The notes beneath the pieces are model-generated. The model saw nothing but the letters and a program-made list of their open reading frames with translations, did no database searches and was not told where the DNA came from. Positions 51,101 to 64,000 of a stretch of DNA of 64,000 bases are shown here, one piece after another (within the stretch, counting starts at the first letter, position 1; every line of letters begins with the position of its first letter). The position numbers and the translations under genes were made by a program. Origin of the DNA: the human T2T-CHM13v2.0 reference genome, Homo sapiens; assembly GCF_009914755.1 (NCBI RefSeq), contig NC_060941.1. One strand, written 5' to 3'.

Positions 51101-54100
51101 GGATGGAGCAGTTTCGAAACACACTATTTGTAGAATGTGCAAGTGGATATGTGGGCCTCTCTGAGGATTTCGTTGGAAACGGGATAAACCGCCCAGAACT
51201 AAACAGAAGCATTCTCAGAACCTTCTTCGTGATGTTTGCATTCAACTCACAGTGTTGAACCTTTCTTTGATAGTTCAGGTTTGAAACGGTCTTTCTGTAG
51301 AAACTGCAAGTAGATATTTGGACCTCTCTGAGGATTTCGTTGGAAACGGGATAAACCGCACAGAACTAAAACAGAAGCATTCTCAGAACCCTCTTCGTGA
51401 TGTTTGCATTCAACCCACGGTGCTGAAACTTTCTTTGATAGTTCAGCTTTGAAACACTCTTTTTGTAGAAACTGCAAGTGGATATTTGGTCCTCTATGAG
51501 GATTTCGTTGGAAACGGGATAAACCGCACAGAACTAAATAGAAGCATTCTCAGAACCTTCTTCGTGATGTCTGCGTTCAACTCACAGTGTGGAACCTTTC
51601 TTTGATAGTTCAGGTTTGAAACACTCTTTTTGTAGAAACTGCAAGGGGATCATTGCACTTCTTTGAGGCCTACCGTAGTAAAGGAGATAACTTCCTACAA
51701 AAAGAAGACAGAAGCTTTCTCAGAAAATTCTTTGGGATGATTGAGTTGAGCAAACAGAGCTGAACACTCCTTGTGATGTAGCAGTTTAGAAACACACTTT
51801 CTGCAGAATCTGCAAGTGCATATGTGGACCTCTCTGAGGAATTCGTTGGAAACGGGATAATTTCAGCTGACTAAACAGAAGTAGTCTCAGAATCTTCTTT
51901 GTGATGTTTGCATTCAAATCCCTGAGTTGAACTTTCCTTTCCAAGTTCACGTTTGAAACACTCTTTTTGCAGGATCTACAAGTGGATATTTGGACCACTC
52001 TGTGTCCTTCGTTCGAAACGGGTATATCTTCACATGACATCTAGACAGAAGCATTCTCAGAAGCTTCTCTGTGATGACTGCATTCAACTCACGGAGTTGA
52101 ACACTCCTTTTGAGAGCGCAGTTTTGAAACTCTCTTTCTGTGGCATCTGCAAGGGGACATGTAGACCTCTTTGAAGATTTCGTTGGAAACGGAATCATCT
52201 TCACATCAAAACTATACAGATGCATTCTCAGGAACTTTTTGGTGATGTTTGTATTCAACTCCCAGAGTTGAACTTTCCTTTGGAAAGAGCAGCTATGAAA
52301 CACTCTTTTTCTAGAATCTGCAAGTGGACGTTTGGAGGGCTTTGTGGTTTGTGGTGGAAAAGGAAATATCTTCACCTAAATACTAGATAGAAGCATTCTC
52401 AGAAACTGCTTTGTGATGATTGCATTCACCTCACAGAGTTGAACATTCCTATTGATAGAGCAGTTTGGAAACACTCTTGTTGTGGAATGTGCAAGTGGAG
52501 ATTTGGAGCGCTTTGAGGCCTATGGTAGTAAAGGGAATAGCTTCATAGAAAAACTAGACAGAAGCATTCTCAGAAAATACTTTGTGATGATTGAGTTGAA
52601 CTCACAGAGCTGAACATTCCTTTGGATGGAGCAGGTTTGAGACACACTTTTTGTAGAATCTACAAGTGGATATTTGGACCTCTCTGAGGATTTCGTTGGA
52701 AACGGGATAACTGCACCTAACTAAACGGAAGCATTCTCAGAAACTTCTTGGTGATGTTTGCATTCAAATCCCAGAGTTGAACCTTCCTTTGAGAGTTCAG
52801 GTTTGAAACACTCTTTTTGTAGGATCTGCAAGTGGATATTTGGACCACTCTGTGGCCTTCGTTCGAAACGGGTACATCTTCGCATAAAATCTAGACAGAA
52901 GCCTTCTCAGAAACTTCTCTGTGATGATTGCATTCAACTCACAGAGTTGAACCCTCCTATGGATAGAGCAGTGTTGAAACTCTCTTTTTGTGGAATCTGC
53001 AAGCGGATATGTGGACCTCTCCGAAGATGTCTTTGGAAACGGGAATATCTTCACATAAAAACTAAACAGAAGCATTCTCAGAAACTTCTCTGTGATGTTT
53101 GTGTTCAACTCCCAGAGTTTCACATTGCTTCTCATAGAGTAGTTCTGAAACATGCTTTTCGTAGTGTCTGCAAGTGGACATTTGGAGCGCTTTCAGGCCT
53201 GTGGTGGAAAACGAATTATGGTCACATAAAAACTGGAGAGAAGCATTGTCAGAAACTTCTTTGTGATGATTGCATACAAGTCACAGAGTTGAAGGTTCCT
53301 TTTCAAAGAGCAGTTTCCAATCACTCTTTCTGTGGAATCTGCAAGTGGATATTTGGACCTCTTTGAAGATTTCGTTGGAAACGGGAGAATCTTCACAGAA
53401 AAGCTAAACAGAAGCATTCTCAGAAACTTCTTTGTGATGCTTGCATTCAACTCACAGAGTTGAACTTTCCTTTCGAGAGAGAAGCTTTGAAACACTCTTT
53501 TTCCAGAATCTGCAAGTGGACATTTGGAGGGCTTTGAGGCCTGTGGTGGAAAAGGAATTATCTTCCCGTAAAAGCTAGATAGAAGCATTCTCAGAAACTA
53601 CTTTGTGATGATTGCATTCAAGTCACAGAGTTGAACATTCCCTTTGACAGAGCAGTTTGGAAACTCTCTTTGTGTAGAATCTGCAAGTGGAGATATGGAC
53701 CGCTTTGAGGCCTATGGTAGTAAAGGAAATAGCTTCATATAAAAGCTAGACAGTAGCTTTCACAGAAAACTCTTGGTGACGACTGAGTTTAACTCACAGA
53801 GCTGAACATTCCTTTGGATGGAGCAGTTTCGAAACACACTATTTGTAGAATGTGCAAGTGGATATGTCGGCCTCTCTGAGGATTTCGTTGGAAACGGGAT
53901 AAACCGCCCAGAACTAAACAGAAGCATTCTCAGAACCTTCTTCGTGATGTTTGCATTCAACTCACAGTGTTGAACCTTTCTTTGATAGTTCAGGTTTGAA
54001 ACGGTCTTTCTGTAGAAACTGCAAGTAGATATTTGGACCTCTCTGAGGATTTCGTTGGAAACGGGATAAACCGCACAGAACTAAAACAGAAGCATTCTCA

Positions 54101-57100
54101 GAACCCTCTTCGTGATGTTTGCATTCAACCCACGGTGCTGAACCTTTCTTTGATAGTTCAGCTTTGAAACACTCTTTTTGTAGAAACTGCAAGTGGATAT
54201 TTGGTCCTCTCTGAGGATTTCGTTGGAAACGGGATAAACCGCACAGAACTAAACAGAAGCATTCTCAGAACCTTCTTCGTGATGTCTGCGTTCAACTCAC
54301 AGTGTGGAACCTTTCTTTGATAGTTCAGGTTTGAAACACTCTTTTTGTAGAAACTGCAAGGGGATCATTGCACTTCTTTGAGGCCTACCGTAGTAAAGGA
54401 GATAACTTCCTACAAAAAGAAGACAGAAGCTTTCTCAGAAAATTCTTTGGGATGATTGAGTTGAGCAAACAGAGCTGAACACTCCTTGCGATGTAGCAGT
54501 TTAGAAACACACTTTCTGCAGAATCTGCAAGTGCATATGTGTACCTCTCTGAGGAATTCGTTGGAAACGGGATAATTTCAGCTGACTAAACAGAAGCAGT
54601 CTCAGAATCTTCTTTGTGATGTTTGCATTCAAATCCCAGAGTTGAACTTTTCTTTCCAAGTTCACGTTTGAAACACTCTTTTTGCAGGATCTACAAGTGG
54701 ATATTTGGACCACTCTGTGTCCTTCGTTCGAAACGGGTATATCTTCACATGACATCTAGACAGAAGCATTCTCAGAAGCTTCTCTGTGATGACTGCATTC
54801 AACTCACGGAGTTGAACACTCCTTTTGAGAGCGCAGTTTTGAAACTCTCTTTCTGTGGCATCTGCAAGGGGACATGTAGACCTCTTTGAAGATTTCGTTG
54901 GAAACGGAATCATCTTCACATAAAAACTATACAGATGCATTCTCAGGAACTTTTTGGTGATGTTTGTATTCAACTCCCAGAGTTGAACTTTCCTTTGGAA
55001 AGAGCAGCTATGAAACACTCTTTTTCTAGAATCTGCAAGTGGACGTTTGGAGGGCTTTGTGGTTTGTGGTGGAAAAGGAAATATCTTCACCTAAATACTA
55101 GATAGAAGCATTCTCAGAAACTGCTTTGTGATGATTGTATTCACCTCACAGAGTTGAACATTCCTATTGATAGAGCAGTTTGGAAACACTCTTGTTGTGG
55201 AATGTGCAAGTGGAGATTTGGAGCGCTTTGAGGCCTATGGTAGTAAAGGGAATAGCTTCATAGAAAAACTAGACAGAAGCATTCTCAGAAAATACTTTGT
55301 GATGATTGAGTTGAACTCACAGAGCTGAACATTCCTTTGGATGGAGCAGGTTTGAGACACACTTTTTGTAGAATCTACAAGTGGATATTTGGACCTCTCT
55401 GAGGATTTCGTTGGAAACGGGATAACTGCACCTAACTAAACGGAAGCATTCTCAGAAACTTCTTGGTGATGTTTGCATTCAAATCCCAGAGTTGAACCTT
55501 CCTTTGATAGTTCAGGTTTGAAACACTCTTTTTGTAGGATCTGCAAGTGTATATTCGGACCACTCTGTGGCCTTCGTTCGAAACGGGTACATCTTCGCAT
55601 AAAATCTAGACAGAAGCATTCTCAGAAACTTCTCTGTGATGATTGCATTCAACTCACAGAGTTGAACCCTCCTATGGATAGAGCAGTGTTGAAACTCTCT
55701 TTTTGTGGAATCTGCAAGCGGATATGTGGACCTCTCCGAAGATGTCTTTGGAAACGGGAATATCTTCACATAAAAACTAAACAGAAGCATTCTCAGAAAC
55801 TTCTCTGTGATGTTTGTGTTCAACTCCCAGAGTTTCACATTGCTTCTCATAGAGTAGTTCTGAAACATGCTTTTCGTAGTGTCTGCAAGTGGACATTTGG
55901 AGCGCTTTCAGGCCTGTGGTGGAAAACGAATTATGGTCACATAAAAACTGGAGAGAAGCTTTGTCAGAAACTTCTTTGTGATGATTGCATTCAAGTCACA
56001 GAGTTGAAGGTTCCTTTTCAAAGAGCAGTTTCCAATCACTCTTTCTGTGGAATCTGCAAGTGGATATTTGGACCTCTTTGAAGATTTCGTTGGAAACGGG
56101 AGAATCTTCACAGAAAAGCTAAACAGAAGCATTCTCAGAAACTTCTTTGTGATGCTTGCATTCAACTCACAGAGTTGAACTTTCCTTTCGAGAGAGAAGC
56201 TTTGAAACACTCTTTTTCCAGAATCTGCAAGTGGACATTTGGAGGGCTTTGAGGCCTGTGGTGGAAAAGGAATTATCTTCCCGTAAAAGCTAGATAGAAT
56301 CATTCTCAGAAACTACTTTGTGATGATTGCATTCAAGTCACAGAGTTGAACATTCCCTTTGACAGAGCAGTTTGGAAACTCTCTTTGTGTAGAATCTGCA
56401 AGTGGAGATATGGACCGCTTTGAGGCCTATGGTAGTAAAGGAAATAGCTTCATATAAAAGCTAGACAGTAGCATTCACAGAAAACTCTTGGTGACGACTG
56501 AGTTTAACTCACAGAGCTGAATATTCCTTTGGATGGAGCAGTTTCGAAACACACTATTTCTAGAAGGTGCAAGTGGATATGTGGGCCTCTCTGAGGATTT
56601 CGTTGGAAACGGGATAAACCGCACAGAACTAAACAGAAGCATACTCAGAACCTTCTTCGTGATGTTTGCATTCAACTCACAGTGTTGAACCTTTCTTTGA
56701 TAGTTCAGTTTTGAAACGGTCTTTCTGTGGAAACTGCAAGTAGATATTTGGACCTCTCTGAGGATTTCGTTGGAAACGGGATAAACCGCACAGAACTAAA
56801 CAGAAGCATTCTCAGAACCTTCTTCGTGAGGTTTGCATTCAACTCACGGTGCTGAAACTTTCTTTGATAGTTCAGCTTTGAAACACTCTTTTTGTAGAAA
56901 CTGCAAGTGGATATTTGGTCCTCTCTGAGGATTTCGTTGGAAACGGGATAAACCGCACAGAACTAAACAGAAGCATTCTCAGAACCATCTTCGTGATGTC
57001 TGCATTCAACTCACAGTGTGGAACCTTTCTTTGATAGTTCAGGTTTGAAACACTCTTTTTGTAGAAACTGCAAGGGGATCATTGCACTTCTTTGAGGCCT

Positions 57101-60100
57101 ACCGTAGTAAAGGAGATAACTTCCTACAAAAAGAAGACAGAAGCTTTCTCAGAAAATTCTTTGGGATGATTGAGTTGAGCAAACAGAGCTGAACACTCCT
57201 TGCGATGTAGCAGTTTAGAAACACACTTTCTGCAGAATCTGCAAGTGCATATGTGGACCTCTCTGAGGAATTCGTTGGAAACGGGATAAATTCAGCTGAC
57301 TAAACAGAAGCAGTCTCAGAATCTTCTTTGTGATGTTTGCATTCAAATCCCAGAGTTGAACTTTTCTTTCCAAGTTCACGTTTGAAACACTCTTTTTGCA
57401 GGATCTACAATTGGATATTTGGACCACTCTGTGTCCTTCGTTCGAAACGGGTATATCTTCACATGACATCTAGACAGAAGCATTCTCAGAAGCTTCTCTG
57501 TGATGACTGCATTCAACTCACGGAGTTGAACACTCCTTTTGAGAGCGCAGTTTTGAAACTCTCTTTCTGTGGCATCTGCAAGGGGACATGTAGACCTCTT
57601 TGAAGATTTCGTTGGAAACGGAATCATCTTCACATCAAAACTATACAGATGCATTCTCTCGAACTTTTTGGTGATGTTTGTATTCAACTCCCAGAGTTGA
57701 ACTTTCCTTTGGAAAGAGCAGCTATGAAACACTCTTTTTCTAGAATCTGCAAGTGGACGTTTGGAGGGCTTTGTGGTTTGTGGTGGAAAAGGAAATATCT
57801 TCACCTAAATACTAGATAGAAGCATTCTCAGAAACTGCTTCGTGATGATTGCATTCACCTCACAGAGTTGAACATTCCTATTGATAGAGCAGTTTGGAAA
57901 CACTCTTGTTGTGCAATGTGCAAGTGGAGATTTGGAGCGCTTTGAGGCCTATGGTAGTAAAGGGAATAGCTTCATAGAAAAACTAGACAGAAGCATTCTC
58001 AGAAAATACTTTGTGATGATTGAGTTTAACTCACAGAGCTGAACATTCCTTTGGATGGAGCAGGTTTGAGACACACTTTTTGTAGAATCTACAAGTGGAT
58101 ATTTGGACCTCTCTGAGGATTTCGTTGGAAACGGGATAACTGCACCTAACAAAACGGAAGCATTCTCAGAAACTTCTTGGTGATGTTTGCATTCAAATCC
58201 CAGAGTTGAACCTTCCTTTGAGAGTTCAGGTTTGAAACACTCTTTTTGTAGGATCTGCAAGTGGATATTTGGACCACTCTGTGGCCTTCGTTCGAAACGG
58301 GTACATCTTCGCATAAAATCTAGACAGAAGCCTTCTCAGAAACTTCTCTGTGATGATTGCATTCAACTCACAGAGTTGAAACCTCCTATGGATAGAGCAG
58401 TGTTGAAACTCTCTTTTTGTGGAATCTGCAAGCGGATATGTGGACCTCTCCGAAGATGTCTTTGGAAACGGGAATATCTTCACATAAAAACTAAACAGAA
58501 GCATTCTCAGAAACTTCTCTGTGATGTTTGTGTTCAACTCCCAGAGTTTCACATTGCTTCTCATAGAGTAGTTCTGAAACATGCTTTTCGTAGTGTCTGC
58601 AAGTGGACATTTGGAGCGCTTTCAGGCCTGTGGTGGAAAACGAATTATGGTCACATAAAAACTGGAGAGAAGCATTGTCAGAAACTTCTTTGTGATGATT
58701 GCATACAAGTCACAGAGTTGAAGGTTCCTTTTCAAAGAGCAGTTTCCAATCACTCTTTCTGTGGAATCTGCAAGTGGATATTTGGACCTCTTTGAAGATT
58801 TCGTTGGAAACGGGAGAATCATCACAGAAAAGCTAAACAGAAGCATTCTCAGAAACTTCTTTGTGATGCTTGCATTCAACTCACAGAGTTGAACTTTCCT
58901 TTCGAGAGAGAAGCTTTGAAACACTCTTTTTCCAGAATCTGCAAGTGGACATTTGGAGGGCTTTGAGGCCTGTGGTGGAAAAGGAATTATCTTCCCGTAA
59001 AAGCTAGATAGAAGCATTCTCAGAAACTACTTTGTGATGATTGCATTCAAGTCACAGAGTTGAACATTCCCTTTGACAGAGCAGTTTGGAAACTCTCTTT
59101 GTGTAGAATCTGCAAGTGGAGATATGGACCGCTTTGAGGCCTATGGTAGTAAAGGAAATAGCTTCATATAAAAGCTAGACAGTAGCATTCACAGAAAACT
59201 CTTGGTGACGACTGAGTTTAACTCACAGAGCTGAACATCCCTTTGGATGGAGCAGTTTCGAAACACACTATTTGTGGAATGTGCAAGTGGATATTTGGGC
59301 CTCTCTGAGGATTTCGTTGGAAACGGGATAAACCGCACAAAACTAAACAGAAGCATTCTCAGAACCTTCTTCGTGATGTTTGCATTCAACTCACAGTGTT
59401 GAACCTTTCTTTGATAGTTCAGGTTTGAAACGGTCTTTCTGTAGAAACTGCAAGTAGATATTTGGCCCTCTCTGAGGATTTCGTTGGAAACGGGATAAAC
59501 CGCACAGAACTAAAACAGAAGCATTCTCAGAACCCTGTTCGTGATGTTTGCATTCAACTCACAGTGCTGAACCTTTCTTTGATAGTTCAGCTTTGAAACA
59601 CTCTTTTTGTAGAAACTGCAAGTGGATATTTGGTCCTCTCTGAGGATTTCGTTGGAAACGGGATAAACCGCACAGAACTAAACAGAAGCATTCTCAGAAC
59701 CTTCTTCGTGATGTCTGCATTCAACTCACAGTGTGGAACCTTTCTTTGATAGTTCAGGTTTGAAACACTCTTTTTGTAGAAACTGCAAGGGGATAATTGC
59801 ACTTCTTTGAGGCCTACCGTAGTAAAGGAAATAACTTCCTATGAAAAGAAGACAGAAGCTTTCTCAGAAAATTCTTTGGGATGATTGAGTTGAGCAAACA
59901 GAGCTGAACACTCCTTGCGATGTAGCAGTTTAGAAACACACTTTCTGCAGAATCTGCAAGTGCAAATGTGGACCTCTCTGAGGAATTCTTTGGAAACGGG
60001 ATAATTTCACCTGACTAAACAGAAGCAGTCTCAGAATCTTCTTTGTGATGTTTGCATTCAAATCCCAGAGTTGAACTTTCCTTTCCAAGTTCATGTTTGA

Positions 60101-63100
60101 AACACACTTTTTGCAGGATCTACAAGTGGATATTTGGACCACTCCGTGTCCTTCGTTCGAAACGGGTATATCTTCACATGACATCTAGACAGAAGCATTC
60201 TCACAAGCTTCTCTGTGATGACTGCATTCAACTCACGGAGTTGAACACTCCTTTTGAGAGCGCAGTTTTGAAACTCTCTTTCTGTGGCATCCGCAAGGGG
60301 ACATGTAGACCTCTTTGAAGATTTCGTTGGAAACGGAATCATCTTCACATAAAAACTATACAGATGCATTCTCAGGAACTTTTTGGTGATGTTTGTATTC
60401 AACTCCCAGAGTTGAACTTTCCTTTGGAAAGAGCAGCTATGAAACACTCTTTTTCTAGAATCTGCAAGTGGACGTTTGGAGGGCTTTGTGGTTTGTGGTG
60501 GAAAAGGAAATATCTTCACCTAAATACTAGATAGAAGCATTCTCAGAAACTGCTTTGTGATGATTGCATTCACCTCACAGAGTTGAACATGCCTATTGAT
60601 AGAGCAGTTTGGAAACACTCTTCTTGTGGAATGTGCAAGTGGAGATTTGGAGCGCTTTGAGGCCTATGGTAGTAAAGGGAATAGCTTCATAAAAAACTAG
60701 ACAGAAGCATTCTCAGAAAATACTTTGTGATGATTGAGTTGAACTCACAGAGCTGAACATTCCTTTGGATGGAGCAGGTTTGAGACACACTATTTGTAGA
60801 ATCTACAAGTGGATATTTGGACATCGCTGAGGATTTCGTAGGAAACGGGATAACTGCACCTAACTAAACGGAAGCATTCTCAGAAACTTCTTGGTGATGT
60901 TTGCATTCAAATCCCAGAGTTGAACCTTCATTTGATAGTTCAGGTTTGAAACACTCTTTTTGTAGGATCTGCAAGTGGATATTTGGACCACTCTGTGGCC
61001 TTCGTTCGAAACGGGTACATCTTCGCATAAAATCTAGACAGAAGCCTTCTCAGAAACTTCTCTGTGATGATTGCATTCAACTAACAGAGTTGGACCCTCC
61101 TATGGATAGAGCAGTGTTCAAACTCTCTTTTTGTGGAATCTGCAAGTGGATATGTGGACCTCTCCGAAGATGTCTTTGGAAACGGGAATATCTTCACATA
61201 AAAACTAAACGGAAGCATTCTCAGAAACTTCTCTGTGATGTTTGTGTTCAACTCCCAGAGTTTCACATTGCTTTTCATAGAGTAGTTCTGAAACATGCTT
61301 TTCGTAGTGTCTGCAAGTGGACATTTGGAGCGCTTTCAGGCCTGTGGTGGAAAACGAATTATGGTCACATAAAAACTGGAGAGAAGCATTGTCAGAAACT
61401 TCTTTGTGATGATTGCATTCAACTCACAGAGTTGAAGGTTCCTTTTCAAACAGCAGTTTCCAATCACTCTTTCTGTGGAATCTGCAAGTGGATATTTGGA
61501 CCTCTTTGAAGATTTCATTGGAAACGGGAGAATCTTCACAGAAAAGCTAAACAGAAGCATTCTCAGAAACTTCTTTGTGATGCTTGCATTCAACTCACAG
61601 AGTTGAACTTTCCTTTCGAGAGAGAAGCTTTGAAACACTCTTTTTCCAGAATCTGCAAGTGGACATTTGGAGGGCTTTGAGGCCTGTGGTGGAAAAGGAA
61701 TTATCTTCCCGTAAAAGCTAGATAGAAGCATTCTCAGAAACTACTTTGTGATGATTGCATTCAAGTCACAGAGTTGAACATTCCCTTTGACAGAGCAGTT
61801 TGGAAACTCTCTTTGTGTAGAATCTGCAAGTGGAGATATGGACCGCTTTGAGACCTATGGTAGTAAAGGAAATAGCTTCATATAAAAGCTAGACAGTAGC
61901 ATTCACAGAAAACTCTTGGTGACGACTGAGTTTAAATCACAGAGCTGAACATCCCTTTGGATGGAGCAGTTTCGAAACACAGTATTTGTAGAATGTGCAA
62001 GTGGATATTGGGGCCTCTCTGAGGATTTCGTTGGAAACGGGATAAACCGCACAGAACTAAACAGAAGCATTCTCAGAACCTTCTTCGTGATGTTTGCATT
62101 CAACTCACAGTGTTGAACCTTTCTTTGATAGTTCAGCTTTGAAACGGTCTTTCTGTAGAAACTGCAATTAGATATTTGGCCCTCTCTGAGGATTTCGTTG
62201 GAAACGGGATAAACCGCATAGATCTAAAACAGAAGCATTCTCAGAACCCTCTTCGTGATGTTTGCATTCAACTCACAGTGCTGAACCTTTCTTTGATAGT
62301 TCAGCTTTGAAACACTCTTTTTGTAGAAACTGCAAGTGGATATTTGGTCCTCTCTGAGGATTTCGTTGGAAACGGGATAAACCGCACAGAACTAAACAGA
62401 AGCATTCTCAGAACCTTCTTCGTGATGTCTGCATTCAACTCACAGTGTGGAACCTTTCTTTGATAGTTCAGGTTTGAAACACTCTTTTTGTAGAAACTGC
62501 AAGGGGATAATTGCACTTCTTTGAGGCCTACCGTAGTAAAGGAAATAACTTCCTATAAAAAGAAGACAGAAGCTTTCTCAGAAAATTCTTTGGGATGATT
62601 GAGTTGAGCAAACAGAGCTGAACACTCCTTGCGATGTAGCAGTTTAGAAACACACTTTCTGCAGAATCTGCAAGTGCAAATGTGGACCTCTCTGAGGAAT
62701 TCGTTGGAAACGGGCTAATTTCACCTGACTAAACAGAAGCAGTCTCAGAATCTTCTTTGTGATGTTTGCATTCAAATACCAGAGTTGAACTTTCCTTTCC
62801 AAGTTCATGTTTGAAACACTCTTTTTGCAGGATCTACAAGTGGATATTTGGACCACTCTGTGTCCTTCGTTCGAAACGGGTATATCTTCACATGACATCT
62901 AGACAGAAGCATTCTCAGAAGCTTCTCTGTGATGACTGCATTCAACTCACGGAGTTGAACACTCCTTTTGATAGCGCAGTTTTGAAACTCTCTTTCTGTG
63001 GCATCCGCAAGGGGACATGTAGACCTCTTTGAAGATTTCGTTGGAAACGGAATCATCTTCACATCAAAACTATGCAGATGCATTCTCAGGAACTTTTTGG

Positions 63101-63582
63101 TGATGTTTGTATTCAACTCCCAGAGTTGAACTTTCCTTTGGAAAGAGCAGCTATGAAACACTCTTTTTCTAGAATCTGCAAGTGGACGTTTGGAGGGCTT
63201 TGTGGTTTGTGGTGGAAAAGGAAATATCTTCACCTAAATACTAGATAGAAGCATTCTCAGAAACTGCTTTGTGATGATTGCATTCACCTCACAGAGTTGA
63301 ACATTACTATTGATAGAGCAGTTTGGAAACACTCTTCTTTTGGAATGTGCAAGTGGAGATTTGGAGCGCTTTGAGGCCTATGGTAGTAAAGGGAATAGCT
63401 TCATAAAAAACTAGACAGAAGCATTCTCAGAAAATACTTTGTGATGATTGAGTTGAACTCACAGAGCTGAACATTCCTTTGGATGGAGCAGGTTTGAGAC
63501 ACACTATTTGTAGAATCTACAAGTGGATATTTGGACATCGCTGAGGATTTCGTAGGAAACGGGATAACTGCACCTAACTAAA
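39151..63582 (+). repeat. Nine consecutive 16-mer HORs (starts 39151, 41866, 44581, 47296, 50011, 52726, 55441, 58155, 60869); last three are 2714 bp
   Basis: Spacing 2715 x6, then 2714 x3. 1-bp losses are seen near 56800 (CTAAAC versus CTAAAAC), 60691 and 63405 (CATAAAAAAC versus CATAGAAAAAC). Confidence 0.92.
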
Positions 63583-64000
63583 CGGAAGCATTCTCAGAAA
63601 CTTCTTGGTGATGTTTGCATTCAAATCCCAGAGTTGAACCTTCCTTTGATAGTTCAGGTTTGAAACACTCTTTTTGTAGGATCTGCAAGTGGATATTTGG
63701 AACACTCTGTGGCCTTCGTTCGAAACGGGTACATCTTCGCATAAAATCTAGACAGAAGCCTTCTCAGAAACTTCTCTGTGATGATTGCATTCAACTCACA
63801 GAGTTGAACCCTCCTATGGATAGAGCAGTGTTGAAACTCTCTTTTTGTGGAATCTGCAAGTGGATATGTGGACCTCTCCGAAGATGTCTTTGGAAACGGG
63901 AATATCTTCACATAAAAACTAAACGGAAGCATTCTCAGAAACTTCTCTGTGATGTTTGTGTTCAACTCCCAGAGTTTCACATTGCTTTTCATAGAGTAGT

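Larger units (their letters stand above)
1..64000 (+). repeat. Alpha-satellite higher-order repeat array, SF3 16-mer (~2715 bp), most likely human chr17 D17Z1 centromeric array
   Basis: Tandem ~170 bp monomers beginning CAGAAGCATTCTCAGAAA throughout. The ORF track recurs at a 2715 bp period (2193, 4908, 7623, 10338, 13053...). There are 16 distinguishable monomers per unit, a B-B-B-A-A pentamer pattern typical of SF3, and a single EcoRI site (GAGGAATTCGTTGGAAACGGGATAATTTCAGCTGAC). Alpha-satellite identity is near certain; the chr17/D17Z1 assignment is from recall (~0.85). Confidence 0.97.

Noticed and set aside
480-63992. All minus-strand ORFs (66-142 aa) repeating every HOR
   Set aside because: They overlap each other in multiple frames, resemble no real protein family and are typical spurious alpha-satellite translations.
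1-64000. CRISPR-like regularly spaced repeats
   Set aside because: There are no unique spacers; the intervening sequence is itself homologous monomer DNA, and no cas genes are present.
1-64000. Hidden L1/Alu insertion or inversion
   Set aside because: Every deviation from the 2715 bp period is accounted for by whole-monomer gain/loss or 1-2 bp indels. No poly-A tail, non-satellite sequence or strand switch was seen.

Overview
The whole 64 kb window is one uninterrupted, single-orientation array of primate centromeric alpha-satellite DNA (~167-171 bp monomers). The monomers are organised as a 16-monomer higher-order repeat (HOR) of ~2715 bp with pentameric SF3 (W1-W5) ancestry and normally one EcoRI site per unit. 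This matches what I recall of human chromosome 17 D17Z1 (p17H8-type 2.7 kb 16-mer); the assignment is by recognition, not by alignment. I label the monomers a-p for this report (a starts at 1311, f at 2161, l at 3186, p at 3859). Phased on monomer f (CGGAAGCATTCTC) there are 23 complete units between 2161 and 63582: 19 16-mers (2713-2715 bp) plus one 11-mer (1865 bp), one 14-mer (2380 bp), one 15-mer (2547 bp) and one 18-mer (3050 bp). I saw no genes, transposon insertions or inversions, and all ORFs in the track are by-products of the satellite. I found no new gene-encoded system. The interest lies in the recombination record of the array: all four length-variant junctions resolve to homology windows containing a CENP-B box, the 14-mer and 18-mer are exact reciprocal products, there is a ~10 kb CENP-B-box-depleted/EcoRI-less sub-domain, HOR haplotype blocks are arranged I-II-I, and several short gene-conversion-like patches occur.
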